This document shows, in pieces, positions 21,421-30,984 of a DNA stretch of 64,000 nucleotides. Below the pieces are notes generated by a model. The model was not told the origin of the DNA and made no database searches. It saw only the letters and a program-made list of their open reading frames with translations. The stretch lies in NCBI RefSeq assembly GCF_055900595.2, contig NZ_CM148325.1; one strand, written 5' to 3'. The position numbers were made by a program, and so were the translations under genes. Numbering within the stretch: the stretch's first letter is position 1; each line of letters begins with the position of its first letter.

Positions 21421-22821
21421 ATGGATAAGAAGCAAGTAACGGATTTAAGGTCGGAATTACTCGATTCACGTTTTGGTGCGAAGTCTATTTCCACTATTGC
21501 AGAATCAAAACGTTTTCCGCTGCACGAAATGCGTGATGATGTCGCATTCCAGATTATCAATGACGAATTATATCTTGATGGCAACGCTCGTCAGAACCTG
21601 GCCACTTTCTGCCAGACCTGGGACGACGAAAATGTCCATAAGTTGATGGATTTATCCATTAACAAAAACTGGATCGACAAAGAAGAATATCCGCAATCTG
21701 CAGCAATCGATCTGCGTTGCGTAAACATGGTTGCCGATCTGTGGCATGCGCCTGCACCGAAAAATGGTCAGGCCGTTGGCACCAACACCATTGGTTCTTC
21801 CGAGGCCTGTATGCTCGGCGGGATGGCGATGAAATGGCGTTGGCGCAAGCGTATGGAAGCTGCAGGTAAGCCGACTAACAAACCTAATCTGGTGTGCGGC
21901 CCGGTACAAATCTGCTGGCATAAATTCGCCCGTTACTGGGATGTGGAACTGCGTGAAATCCCTATGCGCCCCGGTCAGTTGTTTATGGACCCGAAACGCA
22001 TGATTGAAGCCTGCGACGAAAACACTATCGGCGTGGTGCCGACTTTCGGCGTGACCTACACCGGTAACTATGAGTTCCCGCAACCGCTGCACGATGCGCT
22101 GGATAAATTCCAGGCCGACACCGGTATCGACATCGACATGCACATCGACGCCGCCAGCGGTGGCTTCCTGGCACCGTTCGTCGCCCCGGATATCGTCTGG
22201 GACTTCCGCCTGCCGCGTGTGAAATCGATCAGTGCTTCAGGCCATAAATTCGGTCTGGCTCCGCTGGGCTGCGGCTGGGTTATCTGGCGTGATGAAGAAG
22301 CGCTGCCGCAGGAACTGGTGTTCAACGTTGACTACCTCGGCGGTCAGATTGGGACTTTCGCCATCAACTTCTCCCGCCCGGCGGGTCAGGTGATTGCACA
22401 ATACTATGAATTCCTGCGCCTCGGTCGTGAAGGCTATACCAAAGTACAGAACGCTTCCTACCAGGTTGCCGCTTATCTGGCGGATGAAATCGCCAAACTG
22501 GGGCCGTATGAGTTCATCTGTACGGGTCGCCCGGACGAAGGCATCCCGGCGGTTTGCTTCAAACTGAAAGATGGTGAAGATCCGGGATACACCCTGTACG
22601 ACCTCTCTGAACGTCTGCGTCTGCGCGGCTGGCAGGTTCCGGCCTTCACTCTCGGCGGTGAAGCCACCGACATCGTGGTGATGCGCATTATGTGTCGTCG
22701 CGGCTTCGAAATGGACTTTGCTGAACTGTTGCTGGAAGACTACAAAGCCTCCCTGAAATATCTCAGCGACCACCCGAAACTGCAGGGTATTGCCCAGCAG
22801 AACAGCTTTAAACATACCTGA
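21421..22821 (+). CDS. gadB: Glutamate decarboxylase beta (PLP-dependent)
   Basis: ORF 21352-22821; start at ATG 21421 gives [22 protein letters not shown]…, recognised as GadB; contains [15 protein letters not shown] with the PLP lysine. Confidence 0.95.
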   Translation: MDKKQVTDLRSELLDSRFGAKSISTIAESKRFPLHEMRDDVAFQIINDELYLDGNARQNLATFCQTWDDENVHKLMDLSINKNWIDKEEYPQSAAIDLRCVNMVADLWHAPAPKNGQAVGTNTIGSSEACMLGGMAMKWRWRKRMEAAGKPTNKPNLVCGPVQICWHKFARYWDVELREIPMRPGQLFMDPKRMIEACDENTIGVVPTFGVTYTGNYEFPQPLHDALDKFQADTGIDIDMHIDAASGGFLAPFVAPDIVWDFRLPRVKSISASGHKFGLAPLGCGWVIWRDEEALPQELVFNVDYLGGQIGTFAINFSRPAGQVIAQYYEFLRLGREGYTKVQNASYQVAAYLADEIAKLGPYEFICTGRPDEGIPAVCFKLKDGEDPGYTLYDLSERLRLRGWQVPAFTLGGEATDIVVMRIMCRRGFEMDFAELLLEDYKASLKYLSDHPKLQGIAQQNSFKHT

Positions 22822-22841
22822 TAACGTTTAACGGTAACGGT

Positions 22842-22867
22842 GTCCCGAAACGAACCCGTTTCGGGAC
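22842..22867 (+). other. Intergenic hairpin between gadB and gadC
   Basis: Perfect stem GTCCCGAAACG / CGTTTCGGGAC with AACC loop and a weak U-tract; likely a partial terminator or processing site inside the gadBC operon. Confidence 0.45.
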
Positions 22868-22976
22868 AATTTCCAAAGTCTGTTCACTGGCATTAGCAAC
22901 GGAAAATATTGTTCTGAATACGCTTCAGAACAAAACAGGTGCGGTTCCGACAGGAATACCGTTTTAGGGGGATAAT

Positions 22977-24512
22977 ATGGCTACATCAGTACAGACAGGT
23001 AAAGCTAAGCAGCTCACATTACTCGGATTCTTTGCCATAACGGCATCGATGGTAATGGCTGTTTATGAATACCCTACTTTCGCAACATCGGGCTTTTCAT
23101 TAGTCTTCTTCCTGCTATTAGGCGGGATTTTATGGTTTATTCCCGTGGGACTTTGTGCTGCGGAAATGGCTACCGTCGACGGCTGGGAAGAAGGTGGCGT
23201 CTTCGCCTGGGTATCAAATACTCTGGGGCCGAGATGGGGGTTTGCAGCGATCTCATTTGGCTATCTGCAAATCGCCATCGGTTTTATTCCAATGCTCTAT
23301 TTCGTGTTAGGGGCACTCTCCTACATTTTGAAATGGCCAGCGTTGAATGAAGACCCCATTACCAAAACTATTGCAGCACTCATCATTCTTTGGGCGCTGG
23401 CATTAACACAGTTTGGTGGCACGAAATACACGGCGCGAATTGCTAAAGTTGGCTTCTTCGCCGGTATCCTGTTACCTGCATTTATTTTGATCGCATTAGC
23501 GGCTATTTATCTGCACTCCGGTGCTCCCGTTGCTATCGAAATGGATGCGAAAACCTTCTTCCCTGATTTCTCTAAAGTCGGCACCCTGGTTGTGTTTGTT
23601 GCCTTCATTTTGAGTTATATGGGGGTAGAAGCTTCCGCAACCCACGTCAATGAAATGCGCAATCCCGGTCGCGATTATCCGCTGGCGATGTTACTGCTGA
23701 TGGTGGCGGCAATCTGCTTAAGCTCTGTTGGCGGTTTGTCTATTGCGATGGTTATTCCGGGTAATGAAATCAACCTCTCCGCAGGGGTAATGCAAACCTT
23801 TACCGTTCTTATGTCCCATGTGGCACCGGAAATTGAGTGGACGGTTCGCGTGATCTCCGCACTGCTGTTGCTGGGTGTTCTGGCGGAAATCGCTTCCTGG
23901 ATTGTTGGCCCTTCTCGCGGGATGTATGTCACCGCGCAGAAAAACCTGCTGCCAGCGGCGTTCGCTAAAATGAACAAAAATGGCGTACCGGTAACGCTGG
24001 TTATTTCGCAGTTGGTGATTACTACTATCGCGTTGATCATCCTCACCAATACTGGTGGCGGTAACAATATGTCCTTCCTGATCGCCCTGGCGCTGACGGT
24101 GGTGATTTATCTGTGTGCTTATTTCATGCTGTTTATTGGCTACATTGTGTTGGTTCTTAAACATCCTGACTTAAAACGCACATTTAATATCCCTGGTGGT
24201 AAAGGGGTGAAACTGGTCGTGGCAATTGTCGGTCTGCTGACTTCAATTATGGCGTTTATTGTTTCCTTCCTGCCGCCGGATAACATCCAGGGTGACTCTA
24301 CCGATATGTATGTTGAATTACTGGTCGTTAGTTTCCTGGTGGTACTTGCCCTGCCCTTTATTCTCTATGCTGTTCATGATCGTAAAGGCAAAGCGAATAC
24401 CGGCGTCACTCTGGAGCCAATCAACAGTAAGAACGCACCAAAAGGTCACTTCTTCCTGCACCCGCGTGCACGTTCACCACACTATATTGTGATGAATGAC
24501 AAGAAACACTAA
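22977..24512 (+). CDS. gadC: Glutamate/GABA antiporter
   Basis: 511 aa polytopic membrane ORF starting [33 protein letters not shown]…, recognised as GadC. Confidence 0.95.
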   Translation: MATSVQTGKAKQLTLLGFFAITASMVMAVYEYPTFATSGFSLVFFLLLGGILWFIPVGLCAAEMATVDGWEEGGVFAWVSNTLGPRWGFAAISFGYLQIAIGFIPMLYFVLGALSYILKWPALNEDPITKTIAALIILWALALTQFGGTKYTARIAKVGFFAGILLPAFILIALAAIYLHSGAPVAIEMDAKTFFPDFSKVGTLVVFVAFILSYMGVEASATHVNEMRNPGRDYPLAMLLLMVAAICLSSVGGLSIAMVIPGNEINLSAGVMQTFTVLMSHVAPEIEWTVRVISALLLLGVLAEIASWIVGPSRGMYVTAQKNLLPAAFAKMNKNGVPVTLVISQLVITTIALIILTNTGGGNNMSFLIALALTVVIYLCAYFMLFIGYIVLVLKHPDLKRTFNIPGGKGVKLVVAIVGLLTSIMAFIVSFLPPDNIQGDSTDMYVELLVVSFLVVLALPFILYAVHDRKGKANTGVTLEPINSKNAPKGHFFLHPRARSPHYIVMNDKKH

Positions 24513-24537
24513 CCATGTCTGAATGGTTATAAGACAA

Positions 24538-24566
24538 GGGAGCGATAATTCATCGCTCCCTTTTTC
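24538..24566 (+). terminator. Rho-independent terminator after gadC
   Basis: GGGAGCGA-taattca-TCGCTCCC followed by TTTTTCG. Confidence 0.7.
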
Positions 24567-24642
24567 GTGCTCGCTGTCGTATTGACTTAACCGGGATAAG
24601 TACGAGAATGAGCGCACATCTGTTTACCGGAAACCAGCATAT

Positions 24643-25962
24643 ATGGATATCTGCTCCCGAAACGAGAAATTAGCAATTAGAAGACCAGCGGTACTGGTTG
24701 CACTGGCACTGTTACTGTGTAGTTGCAAAAGCACGCCCCCAGAGTCAATGGTGACACCACCAACAGGTTCGAAGCCACCAGCTACGACGCAACAATCGTC
24801 ACAACCGATGCGTGGCATCTGGCTGGCCACAGTGTCTCGCCTCGACTGGCCACCGGTTTCCTCGGTTAACATTAGTAACCCCACCAGCCGGATCCGCGTA
24901 CAACAACAGGCGATGATCGACAAGCTCGATCATCTGCAACGTCTCGGTATAAACACGGTCTTTTTCCAGGTCAAGCCGGACGGTACCGCACTATGGCCAT
25001 CGAAAATTTTGCCGTGGTCCGATCTTATGACCGGTAAGATTGGCGAAAACCCGGGTTACGATCCGTTGCAATTTATGCTCGACGAAGCCCACAAGCGTGG
25101 GATGAAAGTACACGCCTGGTTTAACCCTTACCGCGTATCGGTTAATACAAAGCCTGGTACTATCAGGGAACTGAATAGCACCCTGTCTCAACAACCGGCC
25201 AGCGTCTATGTGCAACACCGCGACTGGATTAGAACGTCGGGTGATCGGTTTGTCCTCGACCCAGGCATCCCTGAGGTTCAGGACTGGATCACATCAATAG
25301 TCGCGGAAGTGGTTTCCCGCTATCCGGTAGATGGCGTGCAGTTTGACGACTATTTTTATACTGAGTCACCAGCTTCACGGCTAAATGATAACGAAACGTA
25401 CCGCAAATACGGAGGCGCATTTGCGTCAAAAGCAGACTGGCGGCGCAACAATACTCAGCAGTTAATTGCGAAGGTATCGCACACCATTAAAAGCATTAAG
25501 CCGGAAGTCGAATTTGGCGTTAGCCCGGCAGGCGTGTGGCGTAACCGATCACACGATCCGCTCGGTTCTGATACCCGAGGCGCGGCAGCCTATGACGAAT
25601 CCTACGCTGACACGCGCCGATGGGTGGAACAAGGATTGCTGGATTACATTGCCCCCCAAATTTACTGGCCATTCTCGCGGAGTGCCGCGCGTTATGACGT
25701 GTTGGCAAAATGGTGGGCGGATGTCGTTAAACCGACCAGGACCCGCCTGTATATCGGTATCGCCTTCTATAAAGTGGGTGAACCTTCAAAGATAGAGCCA
25801 GACTGGATGATTAACGGCGGCGTACCGGAACTGAAAAAGCAACTCGATCTTAACGATGCCGTGCCAGAAATTAGCGGCACAATCTTGTTCCGTGAGGACT
25901 ATCTGAACAAACCTCAGACTCAACAAGCGGTCAGCTATTTGCAAAGTCGTTGGGGCAGTTAA
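24643..25962 (+). CDS. yddW: Lipoprotein glycoside hydrolase YddW (DigH)
   Basis: 439 aa ORF with lipoprotein signal peptide (…ALALLLCSCKSTPP…) and a TIM-barrel hydrolase-like body. Confidence 0.85.
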   Translation: MDICSRNEKLAIRRPAVLVALALLLCSCKSTPPESMVTPPTGSKPPATTQQSSQPMRGIWLATVSRLDWPPVSSVNISNPTSRIRVQQQAMIDKLDHLQRLGINTVFFQVKPDGTALWPSKILPWSDLMTGKIGENPGYDPLQFMLDEAHKRGMKVHAWFNPYRVSVNTKPGTIRELNSTLSQQPASVYVQHRDWIRTSGDRFVLDPGIPEVQDWITSIVAEVVSRYPVDGVQFDDYFYTESPASRLNDNETYRKYGGAFASKADWRRNNTQQLIAKVSHTIKSIKPEVEFGVSPAGVWRNRSHDPLGSDTRGAAAYDESYADTRRWVEQGLLDYIAPQIYWPFSRSAARYDVLAKWWADVVKPTRTRLYIGIAFYKVGEPSKIEPDWMINGGVPELKKQLDLNDAVPEISGTILFREDYLNKPQTQQAVSYLQSRWGS

Positions 25963-25975
25963 ACTTGTAACATGG

Positions 25976-26003
25976 CCGGTGCTTTACTCACCGGCTTGTT
26001 ATC
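25976..26003 (+). terminator. Terminator after yddW
   Basis: GCCGGTG-ctttact-CACCGGC followed by TTGTTATCC. Confidence 0.55.
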
Positions 26004-26325
26004 CTCTTGAAATATCCCACTAATAATCATGCTTATTTAAGCCAAATTAACCACGCAATTAACCACTCTTAGTTTAATAGCCATAAAACCCCTAATAAAA
26101 ATGTATGAATATGAAAACCCTACGGTATTCGCTGTTTCCGAAAAATAATTACGATGGGCTATACTCTTCTGAAGAACAGTAGCGTAGATTGAAACTGTCC
26201 TAACTCTCTTATTTCTTTTCAGTATATCTTCATATTTCAGGAGAATATGTGCAGTTAGTCGATCTCGCACGTTGCGTTTCGTTTTTGATTCCGTCTGCTT
26301 TCTCAGCCTTATAAGGGTGTGAATT

Positions 26326-27708
26326 ATGGAGATGTATTTTAAAAGAATGAAAGATGAGTGGACCGGGCTTGTCGAACAAGCAGATCCGCTCATTCGTGCT
26401 AAAGCCGCGGAAATTGCCGTTGCGCATGCCCATTACCTGAGCATTGAGTTTTACCGAATTGTCCGTATCGACCCGCATGCCGAAGAATTCTTGAGTAATG
26501 AACAAGTTGAGCGGCAGCTGAAAAGTGCGATGGAACGCTGGATTATTAATGTGCTTTCTGCCCAGGTTGACGATGTTGAAAGGCTAATACAAATCCAGCA
26601 TACCGTCGCAGAAGTGCATGCCCGCATCGGCATTCCAGTAGAAATTGTCGAGATGGGGTTTCGGGTGCTGAAAAAAATCCTCTATCCGGTGATTTTCTCT
26701 TCGGATTATTCTGCCGCAGAAAAACTTCAGGTCTACCATTTCTCGATTAACAGTATTGATATCGCGATGGAAGTCATGACCCGCGCGTTTACCTTTAGTG
26801 ACAGTAGTGCCTCAAAAGAAGATGAAAACTATCGTATCTTCTCGTTACTGGAAAACGCCGAAGAAGAAAAAGAACGGCAAATAGCCTCAATCCTTTCATG
26901 GGAAATTGACATTATCTATAAAGTTCTGCTGGATTCTGATTTAGGCAGTAGTTTGCCTTTAAGCCAGGCTGATTTTGGCCTGTGGTTTAACCATAAAGGT
27001 CGACATTATTTTAGCGGCATTGCCGAAGTGGGTCATATCTCCCGCCTGATTCAGGATTTCGACGGTATTTTTAATCAAACCATACGTAATACAAAAAATT
27101 TGAGCAACAAAACTCTGCGGGTGAGATTTTTATTACAGATAAGAAATACCGTATCGCAAATTATTACCTTGCTGCGTGAATTATTTGAAGAAGTATCTCG
27201 CCACGAAGTGGGTATGGATGTACTGACAAAATTACTTAACCGCCGCTTCCTGCCGACCATCTTTAAACGCGAAATTGCCCATGCCAACCGGACCGGCCCC
27301 CCCCTGTCAGTGCTGATTATTGACGTTGATAAATTCAAAGAGATCAACGATACGTGGGGCCATAACACTGGCGATGAAATTCTGCGTAAAGTTTCTCAGG
27401 CCTTTTATGACAACGTCCGCAGTAGTGATTATGTTTTCCGCTACGGGGGCGATGAATTTATCATTGTTTTGACTGAAGCTTCGGAAAACGAAACGTTACG
27501 TACCGCAGAACGTATTCGCAGTCGGGTGGAGAAAACCAAACTGAAAGCCGCAAACGGCGAAGATATTGCCCTCTCACTTTCCATCGGTGCCGCCATGTTT
27601 AATGGTCATCCTGACTATGAGCGCCTCATTCAAATAGCCGATGAAGCTCTGTATATCGCCAAAAGACGAGGTAGAAACCGTGTTGAACTCTGGAAAGCCA
27701 GTCTTTAG
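26326..27708 (+). CDS. dosC: Globin-coupled diguanylate cyclase
   Basis: 460 aa ORF with N-terminal sensor-globin-like domain and C-terminal GGDEF domain (…YVFRYGGDEFIIVL…). Confidence 0.9.
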   Translation: MEMYFKRMKDEWTGLVEQADPLIRAKAAEIAVAHAHYLSIEFYRIVRIDPHAEEFLSNEQVERQLKSAMERWIINVLSAQVDDVERLIQIQHTVAEVHARIGIPVEIVEMGFRVLKKILYPVIFSSDYSAAEKLQVYHFSINSIDIAMEVMTRAFTFSDSSASKEDENYRIFSLLENAEEEKERQIASILSWEIDIIYKVLLDSDLGSSLPLSQADFGLWFNHKGRHYFSGIAEVGHISRLIQDFDGIFNQTIRNTKNLSNKTLRVRFLLQIRNTVSQIITLLRELFEEVSRHEVGMDVLTKLLNRRFLPTIFKREIAHANRTGPPLSVLIIDVDKFKEINDTWGHNTGDEILRKVSQAFYDNVRSSDYVFRYGGDEFIIVLTEASENETLRTAERIRSRVEKTKLKAANGEDIALSLSIGAAMFNGHPDYERLIQIADEALYIAKRRGRNRVELWKASL

Positions 27709-27732
27709 ATGCGCCAGGATGCAGAGGTAATC

Positions 27733-30132
27733 ATGAAGCTAACCGATGCGGATAATGCCGCCGATGGCATTTTTTTCCCCGCCCTTGAGCAAAATATGAT
27801 GGGCGCGGTGTTAATTAACGAAAATGATGAAGTGATGTTTTTCAACCCCGCCGCAGAGAAGCTCTGGGGATACAAACGTGAAGAAGTCATTGGCAATAAC
27901 ATTGATATGCTGATTCCGCGGGATTTGCGTCCTGCGCATCCTGAATATATCCGTCACAACCGTGAAGGCGGTAAAGCGCGCGTCGAGGGGATGAGTCGGG
28001 AGCTGCAGCTGGAGAAAAAAGACGGCAGTAAAATCTGGACCCGTTTTGCGCTATCGAAAGTGAGCGCCGAGGGTAAAATTTATTACCTGGCGCTGGTACG
28101 GGATGCCAGCGTAGAAATGGCGCAAAAAGAACAGACCCGACAATTGATTATTGCTGTTGACCATCTCGACCGACCGGTGATTGTCCTCGATCCGGAACGC
28201 CATATTGTGCAGTGCAATCGCGCATTTACCGAAATGTTTGGTTACTGCATTAGCGAAGCTAGCGGTATGCAGCCCGATACACTCCTGAACATTCCAGAAT
28301 TCCCTGCTGATAACCGCATTCGTTTACAACAGTTGCTATGGAAAACCGCCCGCGATCAGGACGAATTTCTGCTGTTGACGCGCACCGGTGAAAAAATCTG
28401 GATTAAAGCCTCTATCAGCCCGGTCTATGATGTGCTCGCGCATCTGCAGAACCTGGTAATGACTTTCTCGGATATCACCGAAGAACGGCAAATCCGTCAG
28501 CTTGAAGGCAATATTCTCGCCGCCATGTGCAGCAGCCCGCCATTTCATGAAATGGGGGAAATCATTTGTCGTAACATCGAATCTGTTCTCAACGAATCGC
28601 ATGTTTCGCTGTTCGCGCTTCGCAACGGGATGCCGATACACTGGGCGTCATCTTCGCACGGTACAGAAGTTCAAAATGCGCAAAGCTGGTCAGCGACCAT
28701 TCGTCAGCGTGATGGCGCACCTGCGGGGATCCTGCAAATTAAAACCTCGTCAGGAGCAGAAACCAGCGCCTTTATCGAACGCGTGGCAGATATCAGCCAG
28801 CATATGGCCGCGCTGGCGCTGGAACAGGAAAAAAGCCGTCAGCATATTGAACAACTCATCCAATTTGATCCGATGACCGGTCTGCCAAATCGCAATAACC
28901 TGCACAATTACCTCGATGACCTGGTCGACAAAGCCGTCTCTCCGGTGGTCTATCTCATCGGTGTTGACCATATTCAGGATGTGATTGATAGCCTTGGCTA
29001 TGCGTGGGCCGATCAGGCATTGCTGGAAGTGGTCAATCGCTTTCGTGAAAAACTCAAACCCGATCAGTATCTCTGTCGTATCGAAGGTACGCAGTTTGTC
29101 CTCGTGAGCCTGGAAAACGACGTCAGTAACATTACCCAAATCGCCGATGAGCTACGGAATGTGGTCAGCAAGCCGATAATGATTGACGATAAACCATTCC
29201 CGCTCACCTTGAGCATTGGCATCAGCTACGACGTGGGTAAAAACCGCGATTACCTGCTCTCCACTGCCCATAACGCGATGGATTATATTCGCAAGAATGG
29301 CGGTAACGGCTGGCAGTTCTTCAGCCCGGTGATGAACGAAATGGTGAAAGAACGGTTGATATTAGGCGCAGCGCTGAAAGAAGCGATTAGCAATAACCAA
29401 CTGAAACTGGTTTACCAGCCACAAATCTTCGCAGAAACGGGTGAACTGTATGGTATCGAAGCCCTTGCTCGCTGGCACGATCCTCTGCATGGTCATGTGC
29501 CCCCTTCACGGTTTATTCCTCTCGCAGAAGAGATTGGCGAAATCGAAAATATTGGGCGCTGGGTCATCGCGGAAGCTTGCCGTCAGTTAGCAGAATGGCG
29601 TAGCCAGAATATTCATATTCCAGCGTTATCCGTTAACTTGTCTGCGCTGCACTTCCGCAGTAATCAGCTGCCTAATCAGGTGTCTGATGCAATGCAAGTC
29701 TGGGGCATTGACGGCCACCAGCTAACAGTGGAAATCACCGAAAGCATGATGATGGAACACGATACGGAAATTTTTAAGCGCATTCAGATCCTGCGTGATA
29801 TGGGCGTGGGTTTATCGGTAGATGATTTTGGCACGGGCTTTTCCGGATTATCCCGCTTAGTCAGTCTTCCGGTAACGGAAATCAAAATTGACAAAAGTTT
29901 TGTCGATCGTTGTCTGACGGAAAAACGCATCCTTGCCTTACTTGAAGCCATTACCAGCATTGGGCAAAGCCTCAATTTAACCGTCGTGGCGGAAGGCGTC
30001 GAAACCAAAGAGCAATTTGAGATGCTACGCAAGATCCACTGTCGCGTTATTCAGGGATATTTCTTTTCTCGCCCCCTGCCCGCCGAAGAAATTCCAGGCT
30101 GGATGAGTAGCGTGTTACCGCTGAAAATCTGA
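27733..30132 (+). CDS. dosP: Heme-PAS c-di-GMP phosphodiesterase
   Basis: ORF 27709-30132; start at ATG 27733 (MKLTDADNAADGIFFPALEQN…). PAS domains, degenerate GGDEF and an EAL domain; 24 nt after the dosC stop. Confidence 0.9.
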   Translation: MKLTDADNAADGIFFPALEQNMMGAVLINENDEVMFFNPAAEKLWGYKREEVIGNNIDMLIPRDLRPAHPEYIRHNREGGKARVEGMSRELQLEKKDGSKIWTRFALSKVSAEGKIYYLALVRDASVEMAQKEQTRQLIIAVDHLDRPVIVLDPERHIVQCNRAFTEMFGYCISEASGMQPDTLLNIPEFPADNRIRLQQLLWKTARDQDEFLLLTRTGEKIWIKASISPVYDVLAHLQNLVMTFSDITEERQIRQLEGNILAAMCSSPPFHEMGEIICRNIESVLNESHVSLFALRNGMPIHWASSSHGTEVQNAQSWSATIRQRDGAPAGILQIKTSSGAETSAFIERVADISQHMAALALEQEKSRQHIEQLIQFDPMTGLPNRNNLHNYLDDLVDKAVSPVVYLIGVDHIQDVIDSLGYAWADQALLEVVNRFREKLKPDQYLCRIEGTQFVLVSLENDVSNITQIADELRNVVSKPIMIDDKPFPLTLSIGISYDVGKNRDYLLSTAHNAMDYIRKNGGNGWQFFSPVMNEMVKERLILGAALKEAISNNQLKLVYQPQIFAETGELYGIEALARWHDPLHGHVPPSRFIPLAEEIGEIENIGRWVIAEACRQLAEWRSQNIHIPALSVNLSALHFRSNQLPNQVSDAMQVWGIDGHQLTVEITESMMMEHDTEIFKRIQILRDMGVGLSVDDFGTGFSGLSRLVSLPVTEIKIDKSFVDRCLTEKRILALLEAITSIGQSLNLTVVAEGVETKEQFEMLRKIHCRVIQGYFFSRPLPAEEIPGWMSSVLPLKI

Positions 30133-30145
30133 CAAATCCCTCTCG

Positions 30146-30165
30146 CCCGCACTCGCGGGTTTTCA
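30146..30165 (+). terminator. Rho-independent terminator after dosP
   Basis: CCCGC-actc-GCGGG followed by TTTTCATTT. Confidence 0.55.
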
Positions 30166-30241
30166 TTTAACGTGACACTGTCACTTAAATACTGTGATTT
30201 CAGCTACGATTCCGGGAGATTCCTTCCTTAACTTCCCCTCT

Positions 30242-30268
30242 TGCACCAAAACTGCACTACGCTGCACA
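30242..30268 (+). promoter_or_regulatory. Phased TGCAC repeats, possible NtrC enhancer sites
   Basis: TGCACC, TGCACT and TGCACA at roughly 10-11 bp spacing, about 70-100 bp upstream of the sigma54-like promoter; resemble NtrC half-sites but not a full consensus. Confidence 0.3.
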
Positions 30269-30329
30269 AATGTTGATCAAAAGTTAAAAAATATAACTTT
30301 AAGCCAGCATTCTGGCGCTTATCCCGGCA

Positions 30330-30346
30330 TGGCATGAGATCTGCAT
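30330..30346 (+). promoter_or_regulatory. Candidate sigma54 (-24/-12) promoter for the ddp operon
   Basis: TGGCATG-agat-CTGCAT has GG and GC 12 nt apart, matching TGGCACG-N4-TTGCW; predicted transcription start about 30 nt before the ddpX ATG. Confidence 0.5.
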
Positions 30347-30389
30347 AAGCGGAAAGCGCAGCAATTTTTGTCTTATACAGGAACCGTTT

Positions 30390-30971
30390 ATGTCGGATAC
30401 CATCGAACTGGTTGATTTAGCCGTGATCTTCCCTGATCTGGAGATCGAATTGAAATACGCCTGCGCTGATAACATCACGGGTAAAGCTATTTATCAGCAA
30501 GCGCGTTGTCTGTTACACAAGGATGCGATTACCGCGCTGGCGAAAAGTATCAGTATCGCCCAGCTGTCAGGCTTACAACTGGTGATTTACGATGCGTATC
30601 GCCCACAACAAGCACAGGCGATGTTGTGGCAAACCTGCCCAGACCCGCAATATGTTGTTGATGTGACGGTCGGTTCTAATCACAGCCGTGGCACCGCGAT
30701 CGACCTGACGCTTCGTGATGAGCACGGGAACATCCTCGATATGGGCGCAGAGTTCGATGAAATGCACGAACGTTCCCATGCTTACCATCCTTCCGTCCCG
30801 CCCGCCGCTCAGCGCAATCGGCTGTTGCTGAATGCGATTATGACTGGCGGTGGCTTTGTCGGTATCCCGAGCGAATGGTGGCACTTCGAATTACCCCAGG
30901 CAGCAAGTTACCCACTACTCGCTGATCAATTCACCTGTTTTATATCCCCTGGCACACAGCACGCCAGTTAA
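30390..30971 (+). CDS. ddpX: D-Ala-D-Ala dipeptidase (VanX-like)
   Basis: 193 aa ORF with zinc-peptidase motifs (…SNHSRGTAIDLTL…, …EWWHFEL…). Confidence 0.9.
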   Translation: MSDTIELVDLAVIFPDLEIELKYACADNITGKAIYQQARCLLHKDAITALAKSISIAQLSGLQLVIYDAYRPQQAQAMLWQTCPDPQYVVDVTVGSNHSRGTAIDLTLRDEHGNILDMGAEFDEMHERSHAYHPSVPPAAQRNRLLLNAIMTGGGFVGIPSEWWHFELPQAASYPLLADQFTCFISPGTQHAS

Positions 30972-30984
30972 TCAGGAAACTGTC

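Noticed and set aside
21652-22815. Minus-strand ORFs of 163 aa and 192 aa within gadB
   Set aside because: Antisense to a recognisable PLP decarboxylase; no ribosome-binding site and no recognisable domains.
26037-26505. Minus-strand ORFs of 118 aa and 91 aa across the dosC promoter and start
   Set aside because: Overlap the dosC 5' end on the opposite strand, no start context, composition unlike coding sequence; more likely chance ORFs in an AT-rich regulatory region.
30850-30984. N-terminal extension of the ddpA ORF (similar extensions at ydeN 10775, gadB 21352, adhP 39509, narZ 53633, dosP 27709, fdnI 42845)
   Set aside because: The extensions overlap upstream genes or terminators, lack ribosome-binding sites, and the internal starts reproduce the N-termini and signal peptides I recall for these proteins.
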